A DNA stretch of 64,000 bases, from assembly GCA_965209055.1 (NCBI GenBank), contig OZ242374.1, positions 1,792,001-1,856,000 of the forward strand, read 5' to 3'. The stretch is from Acidobacteriota bacterium (lineage in GTDB: Bacteria > Acidobacteriota > UBA6911 > RPQK01 > JAJDTT01). Made by a program: the position numbers and the translations under genes. Shown here in pieces: positions 30,301 to 38,012 of this stretch (its first letter is position 1; the number at the start of each line of letters is the position of its first letter). Below the pieces are notes generated by a model. The model was not told where the DNA came from and made no database searches. It saw only the letters and a list, made by a program, of their open reading frames with translations.

Positions 30301-33116
30301 ACGTCTCCATCAAGATATCTGGAGCCGCCGACGATGTCAGCGTGAGTCCCAGTTCCATGACCTTTTCAACGACGAACTGGAGCAAAGAGAGAAAAGTGAC
30401 CGTAAACGTCCGTTCGGACGACGATGGAAGCGACGACCCTCCAATAACTCTTACACACGAGGTCACCAGCGAGGACACCGAATACGATGGTTTAGTCCCA
30501 TCGCCTGTCACGGTGACACCCAAAGACGATGATCCGCTTGGGGTCACGGTGACACCCACGTCCCTGACCGTCGCGGCGGGTTCACTTGGAACCTATACCG
30601 TCAAGTTGGACACCCAGCCGTTGGATGCGGTAACCGTGGCTGTGAACGACCCCCCATTGGAATCCATAACCGTCGAAGGTGCCCCACTGGTCTTCACGAC
30701 AACCGACTGGAAAACCGCACAGACGATCACGGTAAAGGTCGACAGGGATGGTGGGGAGGACAACGAACAGACGGTCACGTTGACCCATACCGTGTACGGT
30801 GGAGACTACCCAGGGGACGGAGATGTTCCGTCCGTAACCGTGATCATCCCGGTGGAGGGGGCACCGAGTGCGCCCAGGAACCTCAGCGCGGCAGGCGGCA
30901 ACGAACGAGTCACGTTGAGTTGGGAAGCTCCTGCGAACGACGGGGGTTCCTCAATCACCGGCTATCAGGTCCGTTACCGAGTGGCCGGCACTGAAAACTA
31001 CGGTTCTTGGAGATCTGTGACTGGAACCAGTACTACCGTCACCGGGCTGGACAACGGTACGTCCTACCAGTTCCAGGTTCGAGCGGTCAATGGAACCTCG
31101 CCGGGACCACCGGCGGAGACGACCGAGACACTGGCGAATTCAGCCCCGGGAGCGCCTCCGGGATTGACGGCAACCGGTGGTGACGAGAGCGTCACGTTGA
31201 ACTGGAGTGCACCGGAAGACGGTGGCTCTCAGATTATCCGTTACGAATACCGGTACGCCGCGACGGGACAGACGTTCAGCGACTGGGAAACCGTCAGTGG
31301 TGGCGGAAACGCGACGAGCGTTTCCGTCGACAATCTGACCAATGGTACCGAATACGGATTCCAGGTCCGGGCGGTGAACCAGATCGGCGAGGGCCCGCAT
31401 GCCAGCGCCAGCGCGACGCCTGGGAGGGTGCCGAGCGCGCCGACGGGACTGACGGCGAAATCCGAAAGCGAAACGATCACCGTGATGTGGGGAGCGCCGG
31501 CCGACAACGGCGGCTCCGCAATTACCAGCTACCAGGTGCGCTACCGCATGAACGGTAGTAACTGGAGCAACTGGGCCACGGTGGCGGGCGGGGCAAATGC
31601 CACCAGCTACATCCTGACCGGACTGACCAACGGGATCGGCCATGAAATTGAGGTCAGGGCGGTGAACGCCATAGGTTTTAGCGCCGCTGCCTCAGTCGAG
31701 GCCACGCCCATGGCGGGCATCGACTTCGCCCACTTTGCCAACGGTACATCAGGTGGAGTGACCATCACCTCCGACATTGTGTTGGTGAATGTGGAGACCT
31801 CCGCAGTGACGCCGGCCATCTACTTCTACAACCAGCAGGGCGACATGATCGACGCCGATTCGGTGGTGGATGTGTCCGCAGATATGGAGGTTGCAGGCGA
31901 CGGCGCCTTGACCGTTCCCATGGGAATCCCGCGCCGAGGCGAAATGACAATTTCGACCAACGGCGACGGCGCCCTGGTGGTCGGATCGGTGAGAGTCTTC
32001 GGTACTGGCCGCTTGGGAGGCGTGCTGCGCTTCGAAATCCCATCCGTCGGTGTGGCGGGTGTGGGAGTCAGCGAGCCTGTCAGCGACGCCATCTTCCCGG
32101 CTCGGCGGATGGCGGGTGGCATCCGCACGGGCGCGGCGATTCGAAACCTCAACGCCGACGCCATGACGATCAACTGCATGCTGATGCAGGACGGTGAGGT
32201 GATGGATACGGCCACGGGTGAGTTGAGTGGAGACGGCCATGTTGCCCTGTTCATCGACGAGATGTTCCCGGGTTCGAATACGACCGACTTTGTAGGATCT
32301 GTGCGCTGCACAGCCGACGATGGGATGTTCGCAGGAGTTGCATTGGAAATGGATCTCGCCAACGGGATCTTTACCACGCTCCCGCTGGTGTCCCTGGACA
32401 CTGGCGCCGATAGCGGCGGATCAATGATGTTGAACTTCGCGCACTTCGCCAACGGCGATTTCGGAGGAACGGCAACGAGTTCCGACCTGGTCTTCGTCAA
32501 CGTGGCCACCTCGGCGGTGGCCCCGGCCATTCACTTCTACGATCAGGACGGCGAGATGATCGCAGCCGATATGGTCGTGGATGCGATGATGGAAGGTGTT
32601 GAGGTCGGCGAAGACGGCGCTCTGACGGTCACGGACGAGATCCCGCCCATGGGCGAAATGACCATCTCCACCAGTGGCATGGGCGACGGCATAGTCGGCT
32701 CGGTAAGAGTCGTCTCCGACGGACCCATCGGCGGAGTCCTCCGCTTCGACATCCCCAACATCGGGGTCGCCGGAGTGGGTGCAAGCAAGGCCGTCAACGC
32801 CGCCATCTTCCCGGCCCGCCGCATGGCGGACGGCATCAACACCGGTGCCGCCATCCGCAACCTCATGCCGGACATGACGATGGTGACCTGCCGCTTGATG
32901 GCGGGAGGACAGAGGATGGGCGAGGCGTCGATCCCTCTGGCCGGCAATGGCCAGAACTCCCAGTTCATCAACGAGATGTTCCCGAACGCCAACACGGACG
33001 ACTTCGAAGGCTCGGTCCACTGCGCCGCGTCAGGGTCGATGTTCACCGGCGTGGCTCTGGAGATGGACTTCAACAACGGGATCTTCACCACCCTCCCGGT
33101 GGTATCGGTGCAGTGA
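27354..33116 (+). CDS. Giant secreted surface protein: 10 Calx-beta/Ig-like repeats, 3 fibronectin type III domains, 2 tandem C-terminal FAHFANG domains
   Basis: GGAGGA RBS, signal peptide ending AFA; repeats V.P..L...EG....Y...L...P...FT..NW...LTH; PSAP.L.A....VTL.W..P.DGGS.I..Y.YR. Confidence 0.88.
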   Translation: MLRHTVSGFASVCDVFRRDIFFCIRRGFLPLLAAMLLAAPQLAFANGLSVTVNPGSLDLTEGGSTGEYTVVLDDAPEEDVVIEVVGVDEDVLTVSTATLTFTADVGDTEGSWNTAQTVTVTTVEDDDAADERIVLTHTAKMGRRDAVPLAADTSVVVRITDDDTANKRVIISETEATVPEAGVADTYTVTLGTRPTGTVTVDVGGVTGELSVSPSRLVFRPGDWRDGAGSAITPAAKTVSIFAGNDFDADDDKATLTHKVRGGDYSNVRAGTVEVTVDDDDTRRITVVPASLNVAIEKSGTFTIKLDTQPKGTVTVLVVKDPSNTDAQVRVSPSSVRFSTGDWNRPKTVTVTAGSSAVAGSATVDLSVDASPKNRDTDYTTTELSSATVGVTISDALPSETVTLTSFPSLVEEGSTKEYTVKLDRNPSVATRTVYVTSSDTASVTVAPASLDFTQDPEGTTDGTWRTSRTVTVTGVRDGDAVEETVVVAHRFTSATGPIVRTSTVRVDELNTRGVSVSRTELEVKEGTSNTYTLTLDSDPVGGPVTVTITASSNQVTISPSQVTFTSQGVSETVTVTAVGDEDASANPSVTLSHKVRGAVGDYDNFSVSNVKVTVPEAQKTGIEIMGQPASMTEGTSETYEVRLTAQPTGTVTVRIRSDSDDVTLRPSQLRFTTSSWNQYQTVRIRAEHDADADDDPEVTLTHIASGGGYDQVSKETQLDVMEDDVSQKGVRVSPSALTITEGGSERRYTINLMTRPTATVRVRLGVDPSDAAPRIQIKPNQMTFTPDNWNVPVTVTVSAPEDHVDQGTHTDVDVTHTLSGGGYDDQAPTVDVRIRDNDERGVTLNPVELEVVQGFWQEYTVRLDSQPASTTAGAPVVTISPTRGVTGVTVSPGTLTFTASNWSSPQKVRVSAGDDATPGTGSVTHTVAAADTDYSAESAGSVALDIKDNAVDGVAVSPTVLEVLEGTSESYTIVLTQKPDKNVSIKISGAADDVSVSPSSMTFSTTNWSKERKVTVNVRSDDDGSDDPPITLTHEVTSEDTEYDGLVPSPVTVTPKDDDPLGVTVTPTSLTVAAGSLGTYTVKLDTQPLDAVTVAVNDPPLESITVEGAPLVFTTTDWKTAQTITVKVDRDGGEDNEQTVTLTHTVYGGDYPGDGDVPSVTVIIPVEGAPSAPRNLSAAGGNERVTLSWEAPANDGGSSITGYQVRYRVAGTENYGSWRSVTGTSTTVTGLDNGTSYQFQVRAVNGTSPGPPAETTETLANSAPGAPPGLTATGGDESVTLNWSAPEDGGSQIIRYEYRYAATGQTFSDWETVSGGGNATSVSVDNLTNGTEYGFQVRAVNQIGEGPHASASATPGRVPSAPTGLTAKSESETITVMWGAPADNGGSAITSYQVRYRMNGSNWSNWATVAGGANATSYILTGLTNGIGHEIEVRAVNAIGFSAAASVEATPMAGIDFAHFANGTSGGVTITSDIVLVNVETSAVTPAIYFYNQQGDMIDADSVVDVSADMEVAGDGALTVPMGIPRRGEMTISTNGDGALVVGSVRVFGTGRLGGVLRFEIPSVGVAGVGVSEPVSDAIFPARRMAGGIRTGAAIRNLNADAMTINCMLMQDGEVMDTATGELSGDGHVALFIDEMFPGSNTTDFVGSVRCTADDGMFAGVALEMDLANGIFTTLPLVSLDTGADSGGSMMLNFAHFANGDFGGTATSSDLVFVNVATSAVAPAIHFYDQDGEMIAADMVVDAMMEGVEVGEDGALTVTDEIPPMGEMTISTSGMGDGIVGSVRVVSDGPIGGVLRFDIPNIGVAGVGASKAVNAAIFPARRMADGINTGAAIRNLMPDMTMVTCRLMAGGQRMGEASIPLAGNGQNSQFINEMFPNANTDDFEGSVHCAASGSMFTGVALEMDFNNGIFTTLPVVSVQ

Positions 33117-33158
33117 TTGCCTCCATGGAGTGAAGGCAGACCATTCTCTTTGCGTGAT

Positions 33159-33191
33159 GGGGGGAGGCGGCCGAATGGCCGTCCTCCTCCC
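33159..33191 (+). terminator. Hairpin after surface protein gene
   Basis: GGGGGAGGCGGCC-GAAT-GGCCGTCCTCCTCCC; weak U tract. Confidence 0.45.
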
Positions 33192-33275
33192 GCCTCAGAT
33201 CCTCTTTTCCCTGCTGATCGAACGGCATTGGTTGAACGACTGCGACCCTCCCGGGCGGATGGGTGAGGGGGAGTA

Positions 33276-33845
33276 GTGGGCACGTGTGCCGTCCCCGGAT
33301 GTGAATCAGACGCGGTATTCAAGGGGCTGTGCATGTCCCATTACTCGAAGCTCCGCAACTCCGGATGGTCGATGACCTTCGAGGAGCTGGCGGCCTTCAA
33401 GCCGAATCGTGGGAGACTGCACCCGGACACCAAGGCCCGTGTGGAGTCCCTCAATGCCCGAGGGCTGGACATGAAGCAGATCGCCAGGCATCTGGGCGTG
33501 AGTTGGTCTGCCGTGAGATCGTGGCGGGCAAAGGGGTACTTCACCTATACCGATCCGATGTTCAATCGGACCTGCGACGTCGCCGGGTGCGATCGGGATC
33601 ACGACTCTCATGGGATGTGTAACACGCACCTGCAGCGGTGGATTCGATCCGGCCGGAGGTTGACCTTTGAGGAGTTGGCGGCGCCACCCGTGGAGCCCGG
33701 CCGCGGAAGGACGAAGTTCACCCCTGAGCGGAAGGCCTTGGTGGTGTCCCTTCGAAGCAAGGGCATGAATTGGACCGCAGTGGCAAGGCAGGTGGGAGTC
33801 AGCCCATACACGTTGCTGAAATGGAGAAAGAAGGGTTGGCTTTAA
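33276..33845 (+). CDS. Protein with two tandem C3H Zn-finger + HTH units
   Basis: TC.V.GC......G.C..H....R.SG...TFEELAA then HTH, present twice. Confidence 0.7.
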   Translation: MGTCAVPGCESDAVFKGLCMSHYSKLRNSGWSMTFEELAAFKPNRGRLHPDTKARVESLNARGLDMKQIARHLGVSWSAVRSWRAKGYFTYTDPMFNRTCDVAGCDRDHDSHGMCNTHLQRWIRSGRRLTFEELAAPPVEPGRGRTKFTPERKALVVSLRSKGMNWTAVARQVGVSPYTLLKWRKKGWL

Positions 33846-33871
33846 ATTCGACTTTCCTTCCGAGTTAAGTT

Positions 33872-34305
33872 CACTCTCTGAGTGATAGTTGATCGCCGTC
33901 GAGCCTGTGATCCCATGTCAATTCCTGATAGGAAGTAATCTGTGCTGCGGACACAGTCGAGGATCTTCGACCGCTACGCGGCGCGGTTGACGCGTCTTGG
34001 CCGGTGTCTTCGCTTCGGTTCCGAAGCTCCTCTGCGGGAACTGGTGCTCCCATCTGAGTACCGGACCGGGGTTGGCAGATCTTCCAAGCCTGCCGGACGG
34101 CTTCCACAACCTAACGACACAGGGACGGTTGAGCTTCGCGCAGGGTCTTTCCGTCTGACGAATTACGCGCCGTGCAAGCTCACGCGAGTCCATGATCTGC
34201 CGAGACTGAGTCGACACGGGACGGTACAGAATCGCGTCCACACTGCCTCTTCGCCCGGAATGAGGTCCACTCTCTGAGTGATCGTCTATCGTCGTCGGGC
34301 CTGTG
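33872..34305. repeat. 38-bp imperfect direct repeat pair
   Basis: CACTCTCTGAGTGATagttgATCGcCGTCGaGCCTGTG (33872-33909) vs CACTCTCTGAGTGATcgtctATCGtCGTCGgGCCTGTG (34268-34305). Confidence 0.75.
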
Positions 34306-34438
34306 GGAAAGTGGAACCTCGAAGGGTTTTCCGTGGCTCCCAGCGGGCCGTCTTTTCCATGGACCTCCGCCTACTCTCTGCCGACCTCGTCGCTAGGTCA
34401 ATTCTGCAAAGCTCAGTGAGACCGTTGTGATTGAGCCG

Positions 34439-34753
34439 TTAGTCCCACTCCCCCTCGGCATCCCTTTGCAAGGCTTCGGCGAGTTTCCGGTCTCCCTCCC
34501 CGCGCCGGATGGAGCGCTCGACCAGGTCCACCTTCCGCCCCAGATCGGCCAGACCGACGGCCCGCGCCGCCCCGTAGAAGACGGCGGCGACGGCCGCCAG
34601 AGCCAGTCCCACGTGCACGGCAATGCTCACGCCGTACTCGGCCAGGATCACCCGCCAGTACGGCGCGAGATAGTCGAGGCGAGCACCGACCAACAGAAGT
34701 GCTACCCCGGCCACGGAGACGGTCAAGCCGACGCTGACTCTCCAGGCTTGCAT
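34439..34753 (-). CDS. Small membrane protein
   Basis: Two TM segments; last gene of operon. Confidence 0.65.
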   Translation of the reverse strand: MQAWRVSVGLTVSVAGVALLLVGARLDYLAPYWRVILAEYGVSIAVHVGLALAAVAAVFYGAARAVGLADLGRKVDLVERSIRRGEGDRKLAEALQRDAEGEWD

Positions 34754-34759
34754 TGTCTC

Positions 34760-35644
34760 CTACAACTCGAAGGCGGCTCGGTCCCTCTGGGCGGGACCTT
34801 TGGTGCCGTCGTGTCCCTCGCCCTGCCCACCACTGAGCGCCCGGAGCACTCGTGTCTTGGCCGAGCCCGTGGCGTGGATCGCAAACCCCGCAGCGGATTT
34901 GGCGACGATGGCTTTGTCCCGGTAGTTCTGGGAAGCGACCTCCACATTGACCCTTCCGGTGTGCCCGCGCTGGTCCGTGTATTCGATCTGGGCGTCCGGA
35001 TAGTGCACCCGTCCTTGCTCATCGACGGGCAGGCCCAACTCCTCGGCAACCCTTCGCCGCATTGAGTCAGCAGCCTCTTTGCCCTCCTGCACCCGCGCCC
35101 TCTCGCTACGGCGAGCGACGGCGCTCTTGAGTTCCGAGTCGATGCGGATGCGCACGACGGTGGCTCCTTGACCGGCCAGCCGCCGCCGTTCGACCCCGCA
35201 GGCCCGGTAGACTTCCGTGTCGTGGCTCAGCTCGGAGCGCTTGACCAACCCGGACCAAGTTCGTTGGTTCGGGTCAAGGCCCCGGTTGACGGCGGCCCTC
35301 CGGGCCTGTTTGGCGCCTTTCCGGGTCAGCGTCAGCACCTTGAAGGTCCCGCCCTTCGGCCCCCTGGCCTTGTGCTCGCGCATCATTCCGGTTCGGATCC
35401 AGCGATTCACGGCCCGCCGGGTCGTGTACGGGTGGCCCCCGAAGTGGGCCTCGGCCAGGTCCCGATAGGAGACGCTGCGGTAGATGCCGACATCCGCCAG
35501 CGCGCGCTCGGACCGCTCCCGAAAGGAGACCCGCTCGCCACGGGCGCGCGGGTCATACTCCCGGCGGTGGCCGTCCCTCAAACGGGCCGGAGTGAGAGTC
35601 ACGGAGTTTCGTTCCCGGGCCGCATTGAGCGTCCGCTCCAGCAT
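34760..35644 (-). CDS. Replication-relaxation (MOBC-like) protein, candidate relaxase
   Basis: wHTH (LTLTRKG), LSHD, YPDAQIEY...VNVEV PD-(D/E)xK-type motif. Confidence 0.6.
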   Translation of the reverse strand: MLERTLNAARERNSVTLTPARLRDGHRREYDPRARGERVSFRERSERALADVGIYRSVSYRDLAEAHFGGHPYTTRRAVNRWIRTGMMREHKARGPKGGTFKVLTLTRKGAKQARRAAVNRGLDPNQRTWSGLVKRSELSHDTEVYRACGVERRRLAGQGATVVRIRIDSELKSAVARRSERARVQEGKEAADSMRRRVAEELGLPVDEQGRVHYPDAQIEYTDQRGHTGRVNVEVASQNYRDKAIVAKSAAGFAIHATGSAKTRVLRALSGGQGEGHDGTKGPAQRDRAAFEL

Positions 35645-35666
35645 CGTTCAGTGCCTCCCGCTTCGA

Positions 35667-36749
35667 TTATCGGCTCGGGCTGATGTTTCGGGACGGGATG
35701 GGAACGGCCCTCGCCTGCCGGACGGCGACCTGGAAGGACCGGTCCTGGTCCGGCTGCCGGGCAGGGTCCGTCGGGGCCGGGGAAGCGACGTCCTTCGCGG
35801 CTTCCGGCTCTCGTTCCGCTTCACGCTGCCGGGTGTGCTCCAGGATGTAGTCGGAGATCTTCTGCGCGTCGGCCGCCGCCCGGCGGATCTCCCGGGGGTC
35901 CTTCTCCAGGACCTCGACCCAGCTTTCCACATAGGCGGCCCCACGGCTCGGATCGTGACCGATCCCGATCCGCTCGCCCGTCATCATGGCGCTGATCTCC
36001 GCCCGCAGCTCCTCCCGGGCATAGATCTGGGAGCCGAAGCCGGCCTCGACGCCTTGGATCAGCGACTCGCGGTTCATGCGCTCCGGGTGTCCGGTGGCAT
36101 GTCCCACCTCGTGCAGCGCCGTCTGGTAGTACTGGTTGGCCGACGGAAACTGCTCCCACTTCGGCAGGACGATGTCGTCGGTCTTGAGCCGGTAGTAGGC
36201 CCGGTCCCCCTCGACGTGGCGGATGTCCACGCCGCATTGCTTCAGGACCTTGTCGGCCTCCAGGTGGACATCCCAGATCGCCTTCTCGGGAGTTTCCGGG
36301 GGCGAGGGAAGCCGGTTGGCCTGCTCGGCGTTGAACACGGTGTAGCGCTTGATCCAGGGCGCAGGGAGGCGCTCGTACCGGTAGACCTGCCGGTTGTTCT
36401 CGTCGGTGACGGGACGTCCCTGCGGGTCCTTGACGGCGACGCGCCGGTGGTCCTGGTAGGAGAGGATCCGGGTGCCGCGTTCGCCTTTTCGCACGTGGCC
36501 CCCTTGCATCTGGATCTGCCGGTAGGTTCCCCAGCGCGTGTCCGAGTAGCCGCGTTCCTCGGCCACCACGGCCAGATGCAGGCTGTTGCCGCCGGCGTAG
36601 GGACGGTCGGTGTGGAGGTTGTGCGGCAGGACGCGCTCGCCCGGCTTCCAGGGCTTTTGCCAGGGGGCCACGCCCCGCTTGATCTGATCGATGATCCGGT
36701 CGGCGAATTGCCGGTGATATTCCTCGGCCGTCATCTTCTTCTTACTCAT
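35667..36749 (-). CDS. ardC: ArdC antirestriction ssDNA-binding protein
   Basis: PWQKPW, Y.GGN, WGTYRQ, VRKGERG, VFNAEQ, LHEVGHATGH, YAREELRAE. Confidence 0.92.
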   Translation of the reverse strand: MSKKKMTAEEYHRQFADRIIDQIKRGVAPWQKPWKPGERVLPHNLHTDRPYAGGNSLHLAVVAEERGYSDTRWGTYRQIQMQGGHVRKGERGTRILSYQDHRRVAVKDPQGRPVTDENNRQVYRYERLPAPWIKRYTVFNAEQANRLPSPPETPEKAIWDVHLEADKVLKQCGVDIRHVEGDRAYYRLKTDDIVLPKWEQFPSANQYYQTALHEVGHATGHPERMNRESLIQGVEAGFGSQIYAREELRAEISAMMTGERIGIGHDPSRGAAYVESWVEVLEKDPREIRRAAADAQKISDYILEHTRQREAEREPEAAKDVASPAPTDPARQPDQDRSFQVAVRQARAVPIPSRNISPSR

Positions 36750-36930
36750 TGGTGTCCGCCTCCCGCTGGGCTTGCCGGATCTGGTCCTCGCTGCCCACGT
36801 CTTCCGGGAAGATGCCGTATTCCCGGGCCAGCTCGGCCGGGACCTCCAGGGTCTCGTCCCCGTCCCGGGCGAGCTCCCGGTCGAACTCCTCCAGCGTCTT
36901 CACCCGTATTACGTTCTCGTTGTCCGTCAT
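36742..36930 (-). CDS. Small acidic hypothetical protein
   Basis: GGAGGT RBS, overlaps ardC start. Confidence 0.6.
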   Translation of the reverse strand: MTDNENVIRVKTLEEFDRELARDGDETLEVPAELAREYGIFPEDVGSEDQIRQAQREADTNE

Positions 36931-36981
36931 CGCGTCACCTCCAGTTTCAGTTCGTAAGGGCCACAAATTCAGTAAGAGCGT

Positions 36982-37059
36982 TCACCGCCGCACCAAGAGG
37001 GTTACCAACGCGCCGATCGCAACCCCGTAAAGGAACACGACAATGACCTCCTCACTCAT
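36982..37059 (-). CDS. 25-aa single-TM peptide
   Basis: MSEEVIVVFLYGVAIGALVTLLVRR*; GGAGG RBS; ATGA overlap with virB11 stop. Confidence 0.6.
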   Translation of the reverse strand: MSEEVIVVFLYGVAIGALVTLLVRR

Positions 37060-38012
37060 GATTCCTCCCAGATCGATGTGGTGTGCCATTGGTTCTCAAT
37101 CGCCTCATATCCTTGGACCAGCAAGGCCTCCTCGACGAATCGCCGGCCCTCCCGGCGCGTCATGTGAATGACCATGGCGATGCCGTCCACGACGGAGCGG
37201 CAGGTCACGTCCCAGGGGATCTCCCCGCCGGCCTGCATGGCGCAACTGGCTAGGCGCGACAGGGCCGACGTGGCGTTGTTGGCGTGCACGGTCGTGAGCG
37301 AGCCGCCGTGACCGGTGTTGAGGGCTTGCAGCAGATCCGCCGCCTCGCCGCCTCGCACCTCTCCCACGACGATGTGATCGGGCCGGTGGCGCAGGGCGTG
37401 CCGGACCAGGTCCCGGATGGTCACGGCGCCTTTCTCCAGTTGGCCCGCCTCGAACCGGAGACAGTTGGAGCGTTCGATGCGAAGCTCCAGGGTGTCCTCG
37501 ATGGCGACGATCCGTTCGTCACGAGGCAGCAGCTCGACCAGCGCATTGAGCAGCGTGGTCTTGCCCGAGCCGGTGCCTCCGGACACCAGGATGTTTCGCC
37601 GGCCCCGCAGCACATCATGCGCAGATCTGAAGACCTTCCCGGGCAGAGCGCCCTGCCGCACCAGATCCTGGGCGGTGAATGCCCGTCCCCCGAAGCGGCG
37701 CACCGTGATGGCCACCTCGGGACTGGCCGGGGGCACGCAGATGGCGACGCGGGACCCGTCGGCCAGGCGCGCATCGATGATGGGGTGTGCGGCCGGATCG
37801 AGTCCCAGCGGCCGGGCGATGTGAATGGCCGCCCGCCGAAGGGTCGAGGAGTCCAGGAATGGCGCCTCGTGGGGAGAGAGCCGGCCGGCCTTCTCGATCC
37901 AGACGTTTCGGGGACCGTTGATCATCAGCTCGGAGACTTCCGAGTCGTCCAGGATGCTCTCCAGTCCGGGAAAGAAGGGCTTGAGATGCTCGATGCCGCT
38001 GGCCCGGTTCAT
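37056..38012 (-). CDS. virB11: VirB11/TrbB/CpaF ATPase
   Basis: ELMING, GGTGSGKTT, IEDTLEL, LRHRPDHIVVGEVRG, NTGHGG. Confidence 0.9.
   Translation of the reverse strand: MNRASGIEHLKPFFPGLESILDDSEVSELMINGPRNVWIEKAGRLSPHEAPFLDSSTLRRAAIHIARPLGLDPAAHPIIDARLADGSRVAICVPPASPEVAITVRRFGGRAFTAQDLVRQGALPGKVFRSAHDVLRGRRNILVSGGTGSGKTTLLNALVELLPRDERIVAIEDTLELRIERSNCLRFEAGQLEKGAVTIRDLVRHALRHRPDHIVVGEVRGGEAADLLQALNTGHGGSLTTVHANNATSALSRLASCAMQAGGEIPWDVTCRSVVDGIAMVIHMTRREGRRFVEEALLVQGYEAIENQWHTTSIWEES

Noticed and set aside
27490-30850. Adhesin repeats as DGR or shufflon targets
   Set aside because: Repeats are highly diverged at DNA level; no reverse transcriptase or invertase in the window
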